Below, in pieces: positions 1 to 9,571 of a DNA stretch of 60,779 bases. The stretch is from a bacterium. Its GTDB lineage: Bacteria; Patescibacteriota; Minisyncoccia; 2-01-FULL-47-10; JBBIMT01. A model generated the notes under the pieces. That model was given only the letters and a program-made list of their open reading frames with translations, was not told where the DNA came from and searched no databases. How positions within the stretch are numbered: position 1 is the first letter of the stretch; each line of letters starts with the position of its first letter. Made by a program: the position numbers and the translations under genes. The stretch spans positions 1 to 60,779 of the forward strand of contig JBBIOV010000004.1 of the NCBI GenBank assembly GCA_037443185.1, written 5' to 3'.

Positions 1-328
1 CCATTCCCCAGGCGGTGGAGTGACTCCTTAGGAGATGACACGCTTACTGCTTTCTTCTTCCCTTTGAAGGGAAAAAGGAATGGTAAAGCGTAGCCAGTCC
101 TCAATGGCAGCCAAGGTGCCGTTCAGGGACTTTAAAAATCCTCGCTTTTCAACGAGAATTCCTTGGGGCGTGGAATTTTTCCCCACAGTTATGGCGTCAA
201 AGGAGGAATAACTAAAAAAGACGCCAGCCACGCCAAAGTCAGGCGGTTGAGGCCAAGCGGGAGAGACTGGTTATCCCGAGTAACCGAAAGCCCACCCGAC
301 AGGGAGGAGATACACTTTACACTTTAAG

Positions 329-354
329 AGGCCCTATACGGGCCTTTTTGTTTT
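329..354 (+). terminator. Rho-independent terminator
   Basis: AGGCCC-tatac-GGGCCT stem-loop followed by a T tract (ttttgttttt). Confidence 0.75.
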
Positions 355-511
355 TACAAAAACTAAACTTAAGTTTAGTTTTAACCGCTGAAGAAAGTTA
401 AGACAAGATCAGGCCTTTGTAATTGTATTTAAATACAATCTGTTGCAATTTTTTAAAAATATGTTAGACTTTTAAATATTAATTATAATTAAGAAATATT
501 TTTTTGCTTAA

Positions 512-775
512 ATGCCTCATACTCATTCGGCAAAAAAAGAATTACGCAAAAGTATAAAACGCAGAGCCCAAAATCAAAAAAGAACAAACCTAATAAAATC
601 TCTTCGCAAAGAGATAAAAAAATTAATTTCGGAAAAAAAAATTAAAGAAGCGGAAGCGCTTTTGCCAAAATTATATAAAGCGGCTGATAAAGCTTTTAAA
701 GTGCATGCTATACATAAAAATAAAGCTAATCGCATTAAATCCAGAACAGCTCGACTTATTTTAAAGAATAAATAA
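512..775 (+). CDS. rpsT: 30S ribosomal protein S20
   Basis: 87 aa, basic. MPHTHSAKKELRKS start and the S20 motif 'DKA..V.AIHKNKANRIKSR'. Confidence 0.95.
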   Translation: MPHTHSAKKELRKSIKRRAQNQKRTNLIKSLRKEIKKLISEKKIKEAEALLPKLYKAADKAFKVHAIHKNKANRIKSRTARLILKNK

Positions 776-1664
776 ATTTTTCTATAAGTGTTTGAGGGGA
801 AATTTTTAATCTTTTAAGATTAAAATAAAGTTTCATTAAATCAAAATGTAGCTTGAGCAAAGAATTTAAATTATTATAAGGTATCGATTGCTCAAGACTT
901 TTTTTTATTATAAAGTATTTTAAAGAAGTAAATTTTTGAATCGTCGATAAAGATAAGTTTCTTAAGGAGAGTTCTTTAATGGTTAAAATATTTTTTATCT
1001 GCCAATTAATAGCGCCTATAATTTTAAACTCATCTATTTTCTCTTTTTGTATTAAATCATTCAAAATTTTCAAGGATTTCCCCTGTTGGCGACAAAATGC
1101 TTTATCAATAATTGCAAATGCGTTTTGTTTCAAGCTATATTCAGCTAAATAATAAATATCTTGGCCCAATATTTCTTTTGCTCCCTTTTTATTGATTATA
1201 AAAGCAACTTCCGTAGCCATCTTCCAAAAATCACCCCCACAATATTGACTTAAAATATTAATTGCTTCATTGTCATATTTTATTTTTAAATCTGTTAAAT
1301 AATCTTGAATAAACTTCAATATAGAAGCGCCTTTTAAGCTTTTGAATTTTTTTATTTTAACACCAAAAGGCAACTTCTTTAATTGATCTTGAGTGATTTT
1401 TTCAAAATAAAAGATAATTATTTTATTTTCATCATTTATGACAGCATCGGGAATCTGTAGTAAAGAAGACATTTTCTCCCCACGAATAAAAAAATTCTCT
1501 TCTTCAACTATAGAACTAAAAAGTGAATATGATGATATTTGAGAGACAATATCCTTTATTTCGCATTCTTCAAAATCCATTCTTTTATACTTTTTCCCTT
1601 TCAAAATTTTTTGAACAAAATGCAAAGCTCTAAAAGAATCTTCACCATATAAAAAATATACCAT
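756..1664 (-). CDS. holA: DNA polymerase III delta subunit
   Basis: N-terminal 'YFLYGED.F', 'NAFAIIDKAF' C-domain, and the classical holA-rpsT convergent arrangement. Confidence 0.85.
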   Translation of the reverse strand: MVYFLYGEDSFRALHFVQKILKGKKYKRMDFEECEIKDIVSQISSYSLFSSIVEEENFFIRGEKMSSLLQIPDAVINDENKIIIFYFEKITQDQLKKLPFGVKIKKFKSLKGASILKFIQDYLTDLKIKYDNEAINILSQYCGGDFWKMATEVAFIINKKGAKEILGQDIYYLAEYSLKQNAFAIIDKAFCRQQGKSLKILNDLIQKEKIDEFKIIGAINWQIKNILTIKELSLRNLSLSTIQKFTSLKYFIIKKSLEQSIPYNNLNSLLKLHFDLMKLYFNLKRLKISPQTLIEKFIYSLK

Positions 1665-1736
1665 AAATCGAGTTAAAATTTGTTAAAAATTTTTTATATC
1701 CGCTTCAAAACTTAACTTCAAATTTTATCAAAAATA

Positions 1737-2822
1737 TCACTTTTGATAATATATTGCCTCTTCATAGCGAGGGTCAATAAATTGTATCCAAGTTTTACCT
1801 GGTTTTAAAGCGATTTCCTGGTTTTGATTGTCAAAAAAAGTTAATTTCGCATTATAATTATCTTTTTTCCATTTACCCAATATTTCTTTTCCTAAAATAT
1901 AAGCCTTTAAATTACCTTCGCCAATCACTTTTAAATCGTTATATTGTCCTTCGATTTGTTTAGATGATGTTTCTAAAACCAAAATATTATCAGCTACGAC
2001 TTGCTTGTTGGTTAATTTATCAATTTCTGGACTGTCATTTTTAAATCTCTGATAATTACCATTTTCCTCATCATAGATATATTTTACCTTAAATTTACCA
2101 GCATAGGTAATAACTAAAGAAGCAAAACCGCTGTGTTTTTTATTTAAATCAAAAGAAGTTAAAAATGGATAAGGAGTAAGAGTGCTTTCCATTTTAAAAT
2201 TAAAAGATTGGGCGGCATTTTTAAGTTTATCATAACTTGTAAAACCGTTGTGAGGCGCTGGAATTGATGGTTTACGATAAAAAGTTTGAAAAGGATTAGT
2301 TAGGGCATCAATATTATCAATAACTTTTTTCTTTAAAGTATCTAAAGCAAAATGGGAGCCTCCCCAATGCACAAAGATAGCGTCCCATCCCTTTGCCAAT
2401 GGAATAAAGTCATCTCTTGCTGATCTTAATGAACCTATTTCTGCAGGCATCTCGCATAAAAAAAGCGCCATATAACGAGTTATGTCGCCAGTAATAACAG
2501 GTGCTTCAACGACAATATCAGCCATTGAAATTCCAGACAATGGTCGCGCTTCTTTATCACCAGCCATCATAACCGCAAAAGGTCTAGCTTTATAATTAGC
2601 ACATGGCAAACCACTTAAAGGACTTATTTTTTTGTTTTCCTGACTTTGAGTATTAATTATCAGTTGGTTAATCTTTTTATTATTTTCTATGACTATATTT
2701 TGATTATTACTATCAACACTTATTAAATCTTGTCTACTAAAGAAAATAATCCCTAAAAATAAAATAATAGTTGCAATAAATATATATTTTTTAAAATATT
2801 GACTGAAAATATTATAAATCAT
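1737..2822 (-). CDS. DUF3048 (YerB-like) membrane-anchored protein
   Basis: N-terminal TM. Motifs RPFAVM, ARPLSGIS.ADIV.E, EIGS.RSAR, APHN, GKTWIQF. Confidence 0.8.
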   Translation of the reverse strand: MIYNIFSQYFKKYIFIATIILFLGIIFFSRQDLISVDSNNQNIVIENNKKINQLIINTQSQENKKISPLSGLPCANYKARPFAVMMAGDKEARPLSGISMADIVVEAPVITGDITRYMALFLCEMPAEIGSLRSARDDFIPLAKGWDAIFVHWGGSHFALDTLKKKVIDNIDALTNPFQTFYRKPSIPAPHNGFTSYDKLKNAAQSFNFKMESTLTPYPFLTSFDLNKKHSGFASLVITYAGKFKVKYIYDEENGNYQRFKNDSPEIDKLTNKQVVADNILVLETSSKQIEGQYNDLKVIGEGNLKAYILGKEILGKWKKDNYNAKLTFFDNQNQEIALKPGKTWIQFIDPRYEEAIYYQK

Positions 2823-2933
2823 AAACTCCCCATCAAAAATTAAATAATAGATGTTTTTATTATAACAAGTTTAAATTTTTTCCATATATTGACAAAAAAA
2901 TTTTATTTATTACTTTTAAAGTTGCTAAAAAGA

Positions 2934-3842
2934 TTATTTTTGTCGCTGACAAATTGAGCAAAAAAAAGATGATCGACCGCTGATTTTTATTCTTTTGATA
3001 ATGCCCTTTTTACATCTTTGGCAAATTTGACCTTCCCTTTTATATACTTTTCTTTTTTTCTGATAATATCCTTTTTCTCCATTTGGTTTCCGGTAATCCT
3101 GAATACTGGTTCCACCATATTTTATCGCTTCTTTTAAAATTTTTTTAATACATAAAAAAATATTTTTTATTTCTTCATCCTTTAGTTGATAACTTTTTTT
3201 TAAGGGGTGAACTTTAGCACACCATAAAATGTCGTCAGAATAAATATTACCTATACCAGATATTGTTTCTTGATCCATTAAAACTTTCTTAATTGATTGT
3301 TTTTTCTTTTTTAGTAAAGTCTTTAATATTTGCCAGGTAAAATTTTTATTTAATGGCTCTGGCCCAAGTTTTTTTAATTCTTCAATTACATCAAGAGAAT
3401 TATAAATCCTTATTTTCCCAAATTTCCTCAAATCAGACATAGCAATTTGTTTTCCATTTGATAAAAACAGCATAAAATGCAAATAATCATTATAAACATC
3501 ATTTAAAGCGCTTGGCTTCAAAGATATCCAGGCGCTTTTCCATTTGTTGGCACCTAAAATCTTCTTATCAGTTTTTTCCCACCTACCATACAAAAGATGA
3601 CCAGTCATCTTTTGATGTATAAGCAAAATCTTTTTATTATCTAACTTGATAAGAATATTTTTCGCGCGCCGAAAAACTCCTTCAATCTTTTTACCAATAA
3701 TTTCTTTTTTAAAATTCTCAAATCCTCCACAAAATGAAAATTTATGAGCCTGATAATCAGTCCAGGCGTCGATAATTTTTTTCCCGATGATTCTTTTTTG
3801 TAAAAAATTAACTGTTGTTTCTACTTCTGGAAGTTCCGGCAT
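2934..3842 (-). CDS. mutM: Formamidopyrimidine-DNA glycosylase
   Basis: MPELPEVET start, HQKMTG, D.RKFG, LMDQ..ISGIGNIYSDD, C-terminal CxxC...CxxC zinc finger. Confidence 0.97.
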   Translation of the reverse strand: MPELPEVETTVNFLQKRIIGKKIIDAWTDYQAHKFSFCGGFENFKKEIIGKKIEGVFRRAKNILIKLDNKKILLIHQKMTGHLLYGRWEKTDKKILGANKWKSAWISLKPSALNDVYNDYLHFMLFLSNGKQIAMSDLRKFGKIRIYNSLDVIEELKKLGPEPLNKNFTWQILKTLLKKKKQSIKKVLMDQETISGIGNIYSDDILWCAKVHPLKKSYQLKDEEIKNIFLCIKKILKEAIKYGGTSIQDYRKPNGEKGYYQKKRKVYKREGQICQRCKKGIIKRIKISGRSSFFCSICQRQK

Positions 3843-3922
3843 AATAAACTTAAAACTAAAAATCTTAACACGTTCTAAATTTTTTTCAATTTTATTTTTT
3901 AAATCAGTTATTAAGATTATTT

Positions 3923-4888
3923 TTAAAATACTTTTGAAATAGATAAAAAAATTTGGCTTGCAAGAAAAACTAAGTATAAAATAATCAATAATGTTCCTTC
4001 AATTGGGGAAATAAAATTTTTTGTTTTCGCAAATAATAAAAAAACTAAAACTCCTAAAATCAAAAAATAAGACACCAGTAAAAAATTTAAAAAGTCGGTG
4101 ATGATGATAGGTCTTAGCAAGCTTACCATCCCTATAATAAGAGAATTCACTGCCGCACTCCCCAAAATAGTTCCTAAAGCGATATTTTTTTTTCTTTTTT
4201 TATTACCTAACAAAGCAATTGAAATCTCAGGCAAATTAGTCCCTATAGAAAGTATTATTAAACCCAAAACAAACGGCGTAATATTGAATCTATTTATGAG
4301 TTTCTCGCTTAAGCCAACTACCAAAGAAGACGAGGTAAGAAGAAGGATTGCGCCAAAAATGATTAAAAAACCAGCTTTAATAAGGGAAAGTATTTTCTTA
4401 AAATTTTTTTTCTTGTTTGTCAGTTGATGATTTTGTAAAGGCGAATACTTTTTTAAAGAAAAAAAGTAATAAAGATATGCTAGTATTATAACCAATCCTT
4501 CCAATTGAGAAATTTTTTTATCTACTAAAAAAATCGCTGGCAATAAAATAATCACCGCTACCCAAGCCAATTTCTTATATGAAAAATTTTTTTCAAATTG
4601 GATGCCGTGATAAAAAACAGCTAAAAGCCCAGTTACTAAACTAAATAAAACAAATGAACCTCCCATTAAATTACCTAATGATAAACTTGGAATACCTGCT
4701 ATCGCCGACATCATGCCAATAGCAAATTCAGGCATTGAGGTTAAAAATCCTATCAATGAAAAGCCTAAAAGAAAATATGATGTCTTTATAAGAGCATTGA
4801 TTTTTTCAATACCACTAATAATCATTCTAGTCGATTTACCCAAAACCAATAAAAAAAACATTAAAATTAATAAATAACTTAAAATCAT
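3923..4888 (-). CDS. Na+/Ca2+ (CaCA, YrbG-like) antiporter
   Basis: About 10 TM segments with two alpha repeats (LTSMPE...GNLMG; GTNLPE...GTILGS). Start placed at ATG 4888, 6 nt after a TGn-TATAAT element. Confidence 0.88.
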   Translation of the reverse strand: MILSYLLILMFFLLVLGKSTRMIISGIEKINALIKTSYFLLGFSLIGFLTSMPEFAIGMMSAIAGIPSLSLGNLMGGSFVLFSLVTGLLAVFYHGIQFEKNFSYKKLAWVAVIILLPAIFLVDKKISQLEGLVIILAYLYYFFSLKKYSPLQNHQLTNKKKNFKKILSLIKAGFLIIFGAILLLTSSSLVVGLSEKLINRFNITPFVLGLIILSIGTNLPEISIALLGNKKRKKNIALGTILGSAAVNSLIIGMVSLLRPIIITDFLNFLLVSYFLILGVLVFLLFAKTKNFISPIEGTLLIILYLVFLASQIFLSISKVF

Positions 4889-5045
4889 ATTTGAATTATA
4901 ACACAAATATACAAACACTAAAATTTATATTTGTTTTTATTTATTCATTTTATCAGATAAAACTTTATAATTTAATTTTTAAGGATTGGTAAAATAGTGA
5001 ATATTAAATGTTTATTTAAAAAATTATACCTGCAAGATATATGCT

Positions 5046-5074
5046 TTGACAATTAGTTTATTTTGTAGTATATT
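5046..5074 (+). promoter_or_regulatory. sigma70 promoter of rnpB
   Basis: TTGACA (5046-5051), 17 nt, TATATT (5069-5074), 7 nt before the RNase P RNA 5' end. Confidence 0.7.
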
Positions 5075-5081
5075 TATTATT

Positions 5082-5599
5082 GAGGCGGGAATTGGACAGC
5101 CGCTTTTGCGATTTTGTTGCAAAAGAGGAAAGTCCGAACACCTTGCGGCGAAGTCAAAAACAGTTAACAACATTTTTTAAATTTTTAATACCACTTGCCG
5201 CTACAAGTTAAAGATAAAACATTCAGACAGTGTTAATTGTTTTTGACTTCGCCGCGTGGCAGTCGCTAACAGCGACCGTCCTATCTGTTAAAAACAGAGG
5301 GGATAGGGAAAGTAGCACAGAAACAAAACCGCCCCCACACAAACGAGTTTGTAAATAAGCGTTTATAGAATAAAAATTACATTTATAAATAAACTCGTTT
5401 GATGAGGGGGTAAGGGTGAAAAGGCAAGGAGTAAGACCCTTGCCGTTTGTATGGCGACATACAAGCGCGCTAAACCCTGCCTGGTGCAACCTGCAATAAA
5501 TGCAGGGCTTGAGGCTGTTGGCAACAACAGTCCCAGATATATGGCTGTCATTTGCATTTTAAAATGCAAAACAGAATTCGGCTTATAGATTCCCGCCTC
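5082..5599 (+). ncRNA. rnpB: RNase P RNA with an extra long helix
   Basis: P1 GAGGCGGGAAT/ATTCCCGCCTC, GAGGAAAGTCC, AGTAGCACAGAAACAAAACCGCC, AAGGGTGAAA, GCTAAACCC...GTGCAA and ACAGAATTCGGCTTAT universal regions. Confidence 0.96.
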
Positions 5600-5692
5600 G
5601 AAAACTTTGAAATATTTTTTTAAAAACTTTTATAAAAGCTTTATTGCTATTACAAAAGTAGTAGGATTTAGGAGTGTAATTTTATTTACAAA

Positions 5693-7075
5693 ATGAAAAA
5701 GTCAGAGATTTACTTTAATGTTGCTATAGTTTTTACTGATTTTTTATCAATTCTTTTAGTGGGAATACTTACTTTTTTCATTAGACATTCAACATTAATT
5801 CAAAAATTAAAACCAGTATTTTTTGAATTGAAATTTGATCAATTTTTACTATCCTTAATTATTGTTGCTATAATTTGGGTTTTTATTTTTGCCATAAATA
5901 GTCTTTATAGTTTGAAAGTCACTCGAAGCGTCACTGAAGAAATCTTTAAAGTCATAAATTCTTCATTGGTGGTTTTTGCATTAATTGCTACCTTTTTATT
6001 TTTATCTCGTATTTTATTCGATTCTCGTTTTATAATTATTATTGGGTGGATATTATCTTTACTGGCTATCATTATTTTCAGGATTATCATCAAAAAAATT
6101 CAACAATATCTTGTAAGTCAATTTAGCTTTGCCAGACATAAAGTTTTATTAATCGGAAAGGTTGGATCTCAAGCTTTATATAATTTAAAAAAAGAACTAA
6201 ACGCCACACCGCGTTTTGGATATGAAATTGTAGCCGAGAGCAATGATATCTCTCTTTCTCATATTGAAAAATTAATTAAAGAAAAAAATATAGATGAGAT
6301 TTTTTTAACTGATCTTAATTTTCCAAAAAAAGATATTTTAGAATTAGTATCTTTTTGTTTTCGCTCACGCATCGCCTTCAATTTCTTGCCAGTAATGTTT
6401 GAAACTTTTAAAACGCAAGTGCATACTTTAGCGACGATGCCGCTTGTTAAAATTATTAATACTCCGCTTGATGGTTGGGGGAAAATCTTAAAAAGATTTT
6501 TTGATATTTTATTTTCTATTTTATTAATGCCGTTTTTTTTAATTATTTATGTTATTGTCGCTTTTTTCATTAAAATAGATTCAGAAGGTCCGGTGATTGT
6601 TAAATTAAAGAGGATAGGTGAAGGAGGAAAAATTTTTAAAATTTATAAATTTCGTTCAATGATAAAAGATGCTCATAAAATGAAAAAAAATCTTTTACAT
6701 TTATCACAACGGGAAGGACCTTTGTTTAAAATGAAAAATGATCCACGAATTACCAGAGTGGGAAAAATTTTACGTCGTTTCCGGATAGATGAGATTCCCC
6801 AAATTATCAATGTTTTAAAAGGAGAAATGTCTTTTGTTGGGCCAAGACCACATGAACCAGAAGAAGTAAGACAATATCTTCCTTATCAAAAAAGATTAAT
6901 ATCAATTAAACCTGGCGTCACAGGACTTGCCCAAATTTCCGGAGCTTCTGATTTGCCATTTGAAAAAGAAGTAGAATTAGATATTTACTATATAGAAAAT
7001 TGGTCTTTGCTTTTTGATATTAAAATTCTTATTAGAACTATTTTTAAAATTTTTTTAGATAATTCCGCTGTTTAG
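5693..7075 (+). CDS. Polyprenyl-phosphate sugar-1-phosphate transferase (WcaJ/WbaP family)
   Basis: N-terminal TMs, then KRFFDI, IYKFRSM, DPRITRVG..LRR..IDE.PQ..NVLKGEMS.VGPRP, KPG.TGLAQ, YIENWS. Confidence 0.93.
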   Translation: MKKSEIYFNVAIVFTDFLSILLVGILTFFIRHSTLIQKLKPVFFELKFDQFLLSLIIVAIIWVFIFAINSLYSLKVTRSVTEEIFKVINSSLVVFALIATFLFLSRILFDSRFIIIIGWILSLLAIIIFRIIIKKIQQYLVSQFSFARHKVLLIGKVGSQALYNLKKELNATPRFGYEIVAESNDISLSHIEKLIKEKNIDEIFLTDLNFPKKDILELVSFCFRSRIAFNFLPVMFETFKTQVHTLATMPLVKIINTPLDGWGKILKRFFDILFSILLMPFFLIIYVIVAFFIKIDSEGPVIVKLKRIGEGGKIFKIYKFRSMIKDAHKMKKNLLHLSQREGPLFKMKNDPRITRVGKILRRFRIDEIPQIINVLKGEMSFVGPRPHEPEEVRQYLPYQKRLISIKPGVTGLAQISGASDLPFEKEVELDIYYIENWSLLFDIKILIRTIFKIFLDNSAV

Positions 7076-7487
7076 CTTTTAGCTCTTTAAAATTGTTCTT
7101 TTATAAGTTAAAAAAATAGTGTTGTAAATAAAATTAGAAATTAATACTTTAAAAATATTTTAAAAAATTCTCTAACTGCTGGAAATAAGATTTAATCATA
7201 AGTTTACATAAAAGAAATTTTTAAAATTTAAGATAAAAATATTTCTAAACTTAAGGTTGATTTAAATTTTTTTATTTTATTATTAAAAAAACAAAAATCA
7301 TCTTCAAAGAAACAATAAAAAAGATAGATATTCAATAAAAAATTATGTTTGAAATTATACCCGGTAAAATTTGCTAAAGTATGTAAATAATCATAAAAAA
7401 TACCAAAGAACCACCCACAATATATAATATGCCATCATTCTAACTTTAGACGTAAAAAAATTTCTTAACTACTTGTTTATTGAACTT

Positions 7488-7571
7488 TTAATTCTTTTTC
7501 TTTTTACGCACTTTCCTGGCCTTCTTTTTATTTTTGTTTTTCTTTTTTGTGTGAACTTTTTTCTTTTTCAT
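7488..7571 (-). CDS. 27-aa Lys/Arg-rich micro-protein (not in ORF track)
   Basis: MKKKKVHTKKKNKNKKKARKVRKKKKN*, preceded by AAGGAGGTGAT (7576-7586) 4 nt before the ATG. Confidence 0.65.
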   Translation of the reverse strand: MKKKKVHTKKKNKNKKKARKVRKKKKN

Positions 7572-7726
7572 TTTTATCACCTCCTTTTATAATTTTTTCA
7601 CTGATTAATTTTAAACCCGAATGCTTTAAAAATTTTTAAAGCTGTCTCATTCATTTAAATAAATTTTATAACAACAATAAAAATAAATTCATGAATAAAA
7701 ATTTTATTTTATACACATTAATTTTA

Positions 7727-8926
7727 TTATAAGATCTTTTTAATGGCAAGAGGAAAAAATTTTTTTCTACCATATCTTTTTTCGATTTCATCTAAAGCAT
7801 CTAAAAAATTTTTTCTCTTTTTCATATGTTCAAATAAAAAATCCTGACAATATCTTCTTAAATTAAAAACCCCAACGCCAAGTAGACGTACAGGCTCAAC
7901 AATAAACAAACTATTCAATATTACCTTAGCCTCTTTAAAGATATCATAACCATCGCAGGTAAAATAGCTAAGTTTTTTTCGGCGCGAAAAGGTGGAAAAA
8001 TTTTGCAATCGAATTATCAGGCAAATTGTATTTCCCTCCACATTTTTTTGCCTCATTCTAAAAGCAACTTCTTCTGAAATTTTTTGCAGATATTGATAAA
8101 GTAATTTCTTATCTATAGTATTACTAATGAAAGTCTCACAATGACTCATAGACTTAACCTGGACTTCACGGTAATAATAAAAAGAATCATTACCAAAAGA
8201 AATATTCTTTAGGTCAATTCCAAATATCCCAAAATGACGCTTTAAAAAATATTCTGATGCATTTTGTAAGTCTTCAAAAGTTTTTATGCCTATTGAAAAT
8301 AATTTTTCTTTAGTTTTTTTACCAATTCCAGCAATTTTATCTATGGCTAAATTTCTAAGAAGTCTTGAAACATTTTCTTTGGTGATAATTTTTAAGCCAT
8401 TTGGCTTTGATAAATCGGATGCAAGTTTAGCTAAAACATAATTATAAGAAATTCCGATAGAAGAAGTTAAATATTCTCCCAATTTTTCTCTAATTTCTTT
8501 TTTTATTTTCAAGGCAATATCTTTAGCTTTTTTATAATTGTAATTGTTGACTTTAGTCACTTCTTTTTCATTATGATTGCTGCCAATAGATATTGCCCCT
8601 TCATCTATACTTAAAATTTTTAAATTTTCCCCGTATTTTGCCATTATTTTAAAAACTTCTTTTGAAATATATTCATATCGAGGCTCATCAGCTTCAACAA
8701 AAATAATTTCAGTGCACAGTTTTTTTGCTTCAAAAGGCAGCATTCCGTTTGTTATGCCAAATTTTTTTGCCTCTTTAGAAGCCGCGGCAACTACTGAACG
8801 AATTACTTTTTTGCCTTGAAAATTACCGACAACTGCAATAGGTTTATTTCTTAACAAAGGATTGCCTTGCTGATGACAAGAAGCAAAAAAAGAATCCATA
8901 TCCAGATGTAAAATGACATTTTTCAT
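7727..8926 (-). CDS. dinB: DNA polymerase IV (Y family)
   Basis: ILHLDMDSFFAS, SIDEG, LAKLASDLSKPNG, GIGKKT, VRLLGV. Start trimmed to MKNVILHLD. Confidence 0.93.
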   Translation of the reverse strand: MKNVILHLDMDSFFASCHQQGNPLLRNKPIAVVGNFQGKKVIRSVVAAASKEAKKFGITNGMLPFEAKKLCTEIIFVEADEPRYEYISKEVFKIMAKYGENLKILSIDEGAISIGSNHNEKEVTKVNNYNYKKAKDIALKIKKEIREKLGEYLTSSIGISYNYVLAKLASDLSKPNGLKIITKENVSRLLRNLAIDKIAGIGKKTKEKLFSIGIKTFEDLQNASEYFLKRHFGIFGIDLKNISFGNDSFYYYREVQVKSMSHCETFISNTIDKKLLYQYLQKISEEVAFRMRQKNVEGNTICLIIRLQNFSTFSRRKKLSYFTCDGYDIFKEAKVILNSLFIVEPVRLLGVGVFNLRRYCQDFLFEHMKKRKNFLDALDEIEKRYGRKKFFPLAIKKIL

Positions 8927-9232
8927 AAAATTAAATATAAGAAACTTTAAGAATTTATTTTTATATATTCTTTTACCAAAAAGAGTAATTAAAAAAATTT
9001 TTAAGTTTTTCTTAAAATACAAAACTATAATTTAACCTTTAATTTTTTTACATATATTATATACGAACAAAAAACGAAAACAATACCATCTTCTTAAACT
9101 TAATAAGATAAAGTATTATTTTAAAAATTTATTGATTACAAAGTTAAACGCTATCTGTTATTTTGCTATGTTTTTAACTTTATTAAATTTTCATTAATAA
9201 AAATCACATAAAAACGGCATTTCTTTATTAAT

Positions 9233-9255
9233 AAAAAAGGGCGCATTATGCGCCC
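9233..9255 (-). terminator. Rho-independent terminator after the 93-aa gene
   Basis: Minus strand reads GGGCGCA-taa-TGCGCCC then TTTTTT. Confidence 0.75.
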
Positions 9256-9274
9256 AAATAATCTTAAAGTAATT

Positions 9275-9556
9275 TCACTCCCAATCACGTCTTCTTGCCA
9301 AATTATCTAATTTAAAATTGATAAATGCATCTACTGCTTTTTTTTTCAATTTTTCTATCCTATCTTTATCTATCTTATACATCTGCCACTTTTCATTATA
9401 TCCCCCTCCTGCTTTTAATTGAACTTTGCCGTTTGGAAGAAAACGGAAAACTAACCAACCGGCTGTATCTTCAACTGTTACTTCTACGCAAAAACCATCT
9501 GGAAGAAAAATACGCCGAATGTTTCTTACGGAAATTTCTTCTATCATCTCTATCAC
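9275..9556 (-). CDS. Small hypothetical protein, weak SpoVG-like topology
   Basis: 93-aa ORF with a GGAGGGTG SD, its own promoter-like element and a terminator. Confidence 0.6.
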   Translation of the reverse strand: MIEMIEEISVRNIRRIFLPDGFCVEVTVEDTAGWLVFRFLPNGKVQLKAGGGYNEKWQMYKIDKDRIEKLKKKAVDAFINFKLDNLARRRDWE

Positions 9557-9571
9557 CCTCCAGAAAGAACT

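Noticed and set aside
28-231. 67-aa minus-strand ORF
   Set aside because: No recognisable motif or RBS. It lies antisense to a structured GC-rich segment whose terminator is on the plus strand.
5223-5569. ORFs 5223-5489 and 5363-5569
   Set aside because: They are antisense to the RNase P RNA gene and are chance frames.
7076-7480. Possible membrane-protein remnant on the minus strand
   Set aside because: The open stretches lack a start or SD, and hydrophobic-looking translations are expected from T-rich DNA.
7488-7571. The K-rich micro-protein as a displaced ribosomal protein L34
   Set aside because: It lacks the L34 signature (KRTYQP...HGF..RM....G..V...RR.KGR) and is too short.
9065-9079. 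Possible LexA box GAAC-N7-GAAA upstream of dinB, inside a TTGTTT-16-TATAAT promoter
   Set aside because: It mismatches both the GAAC-N7-GAAC and GAAC-N4-GTTC consensus, lies in an A-tract, and no lexA or second copy is visible. Too weak to call.
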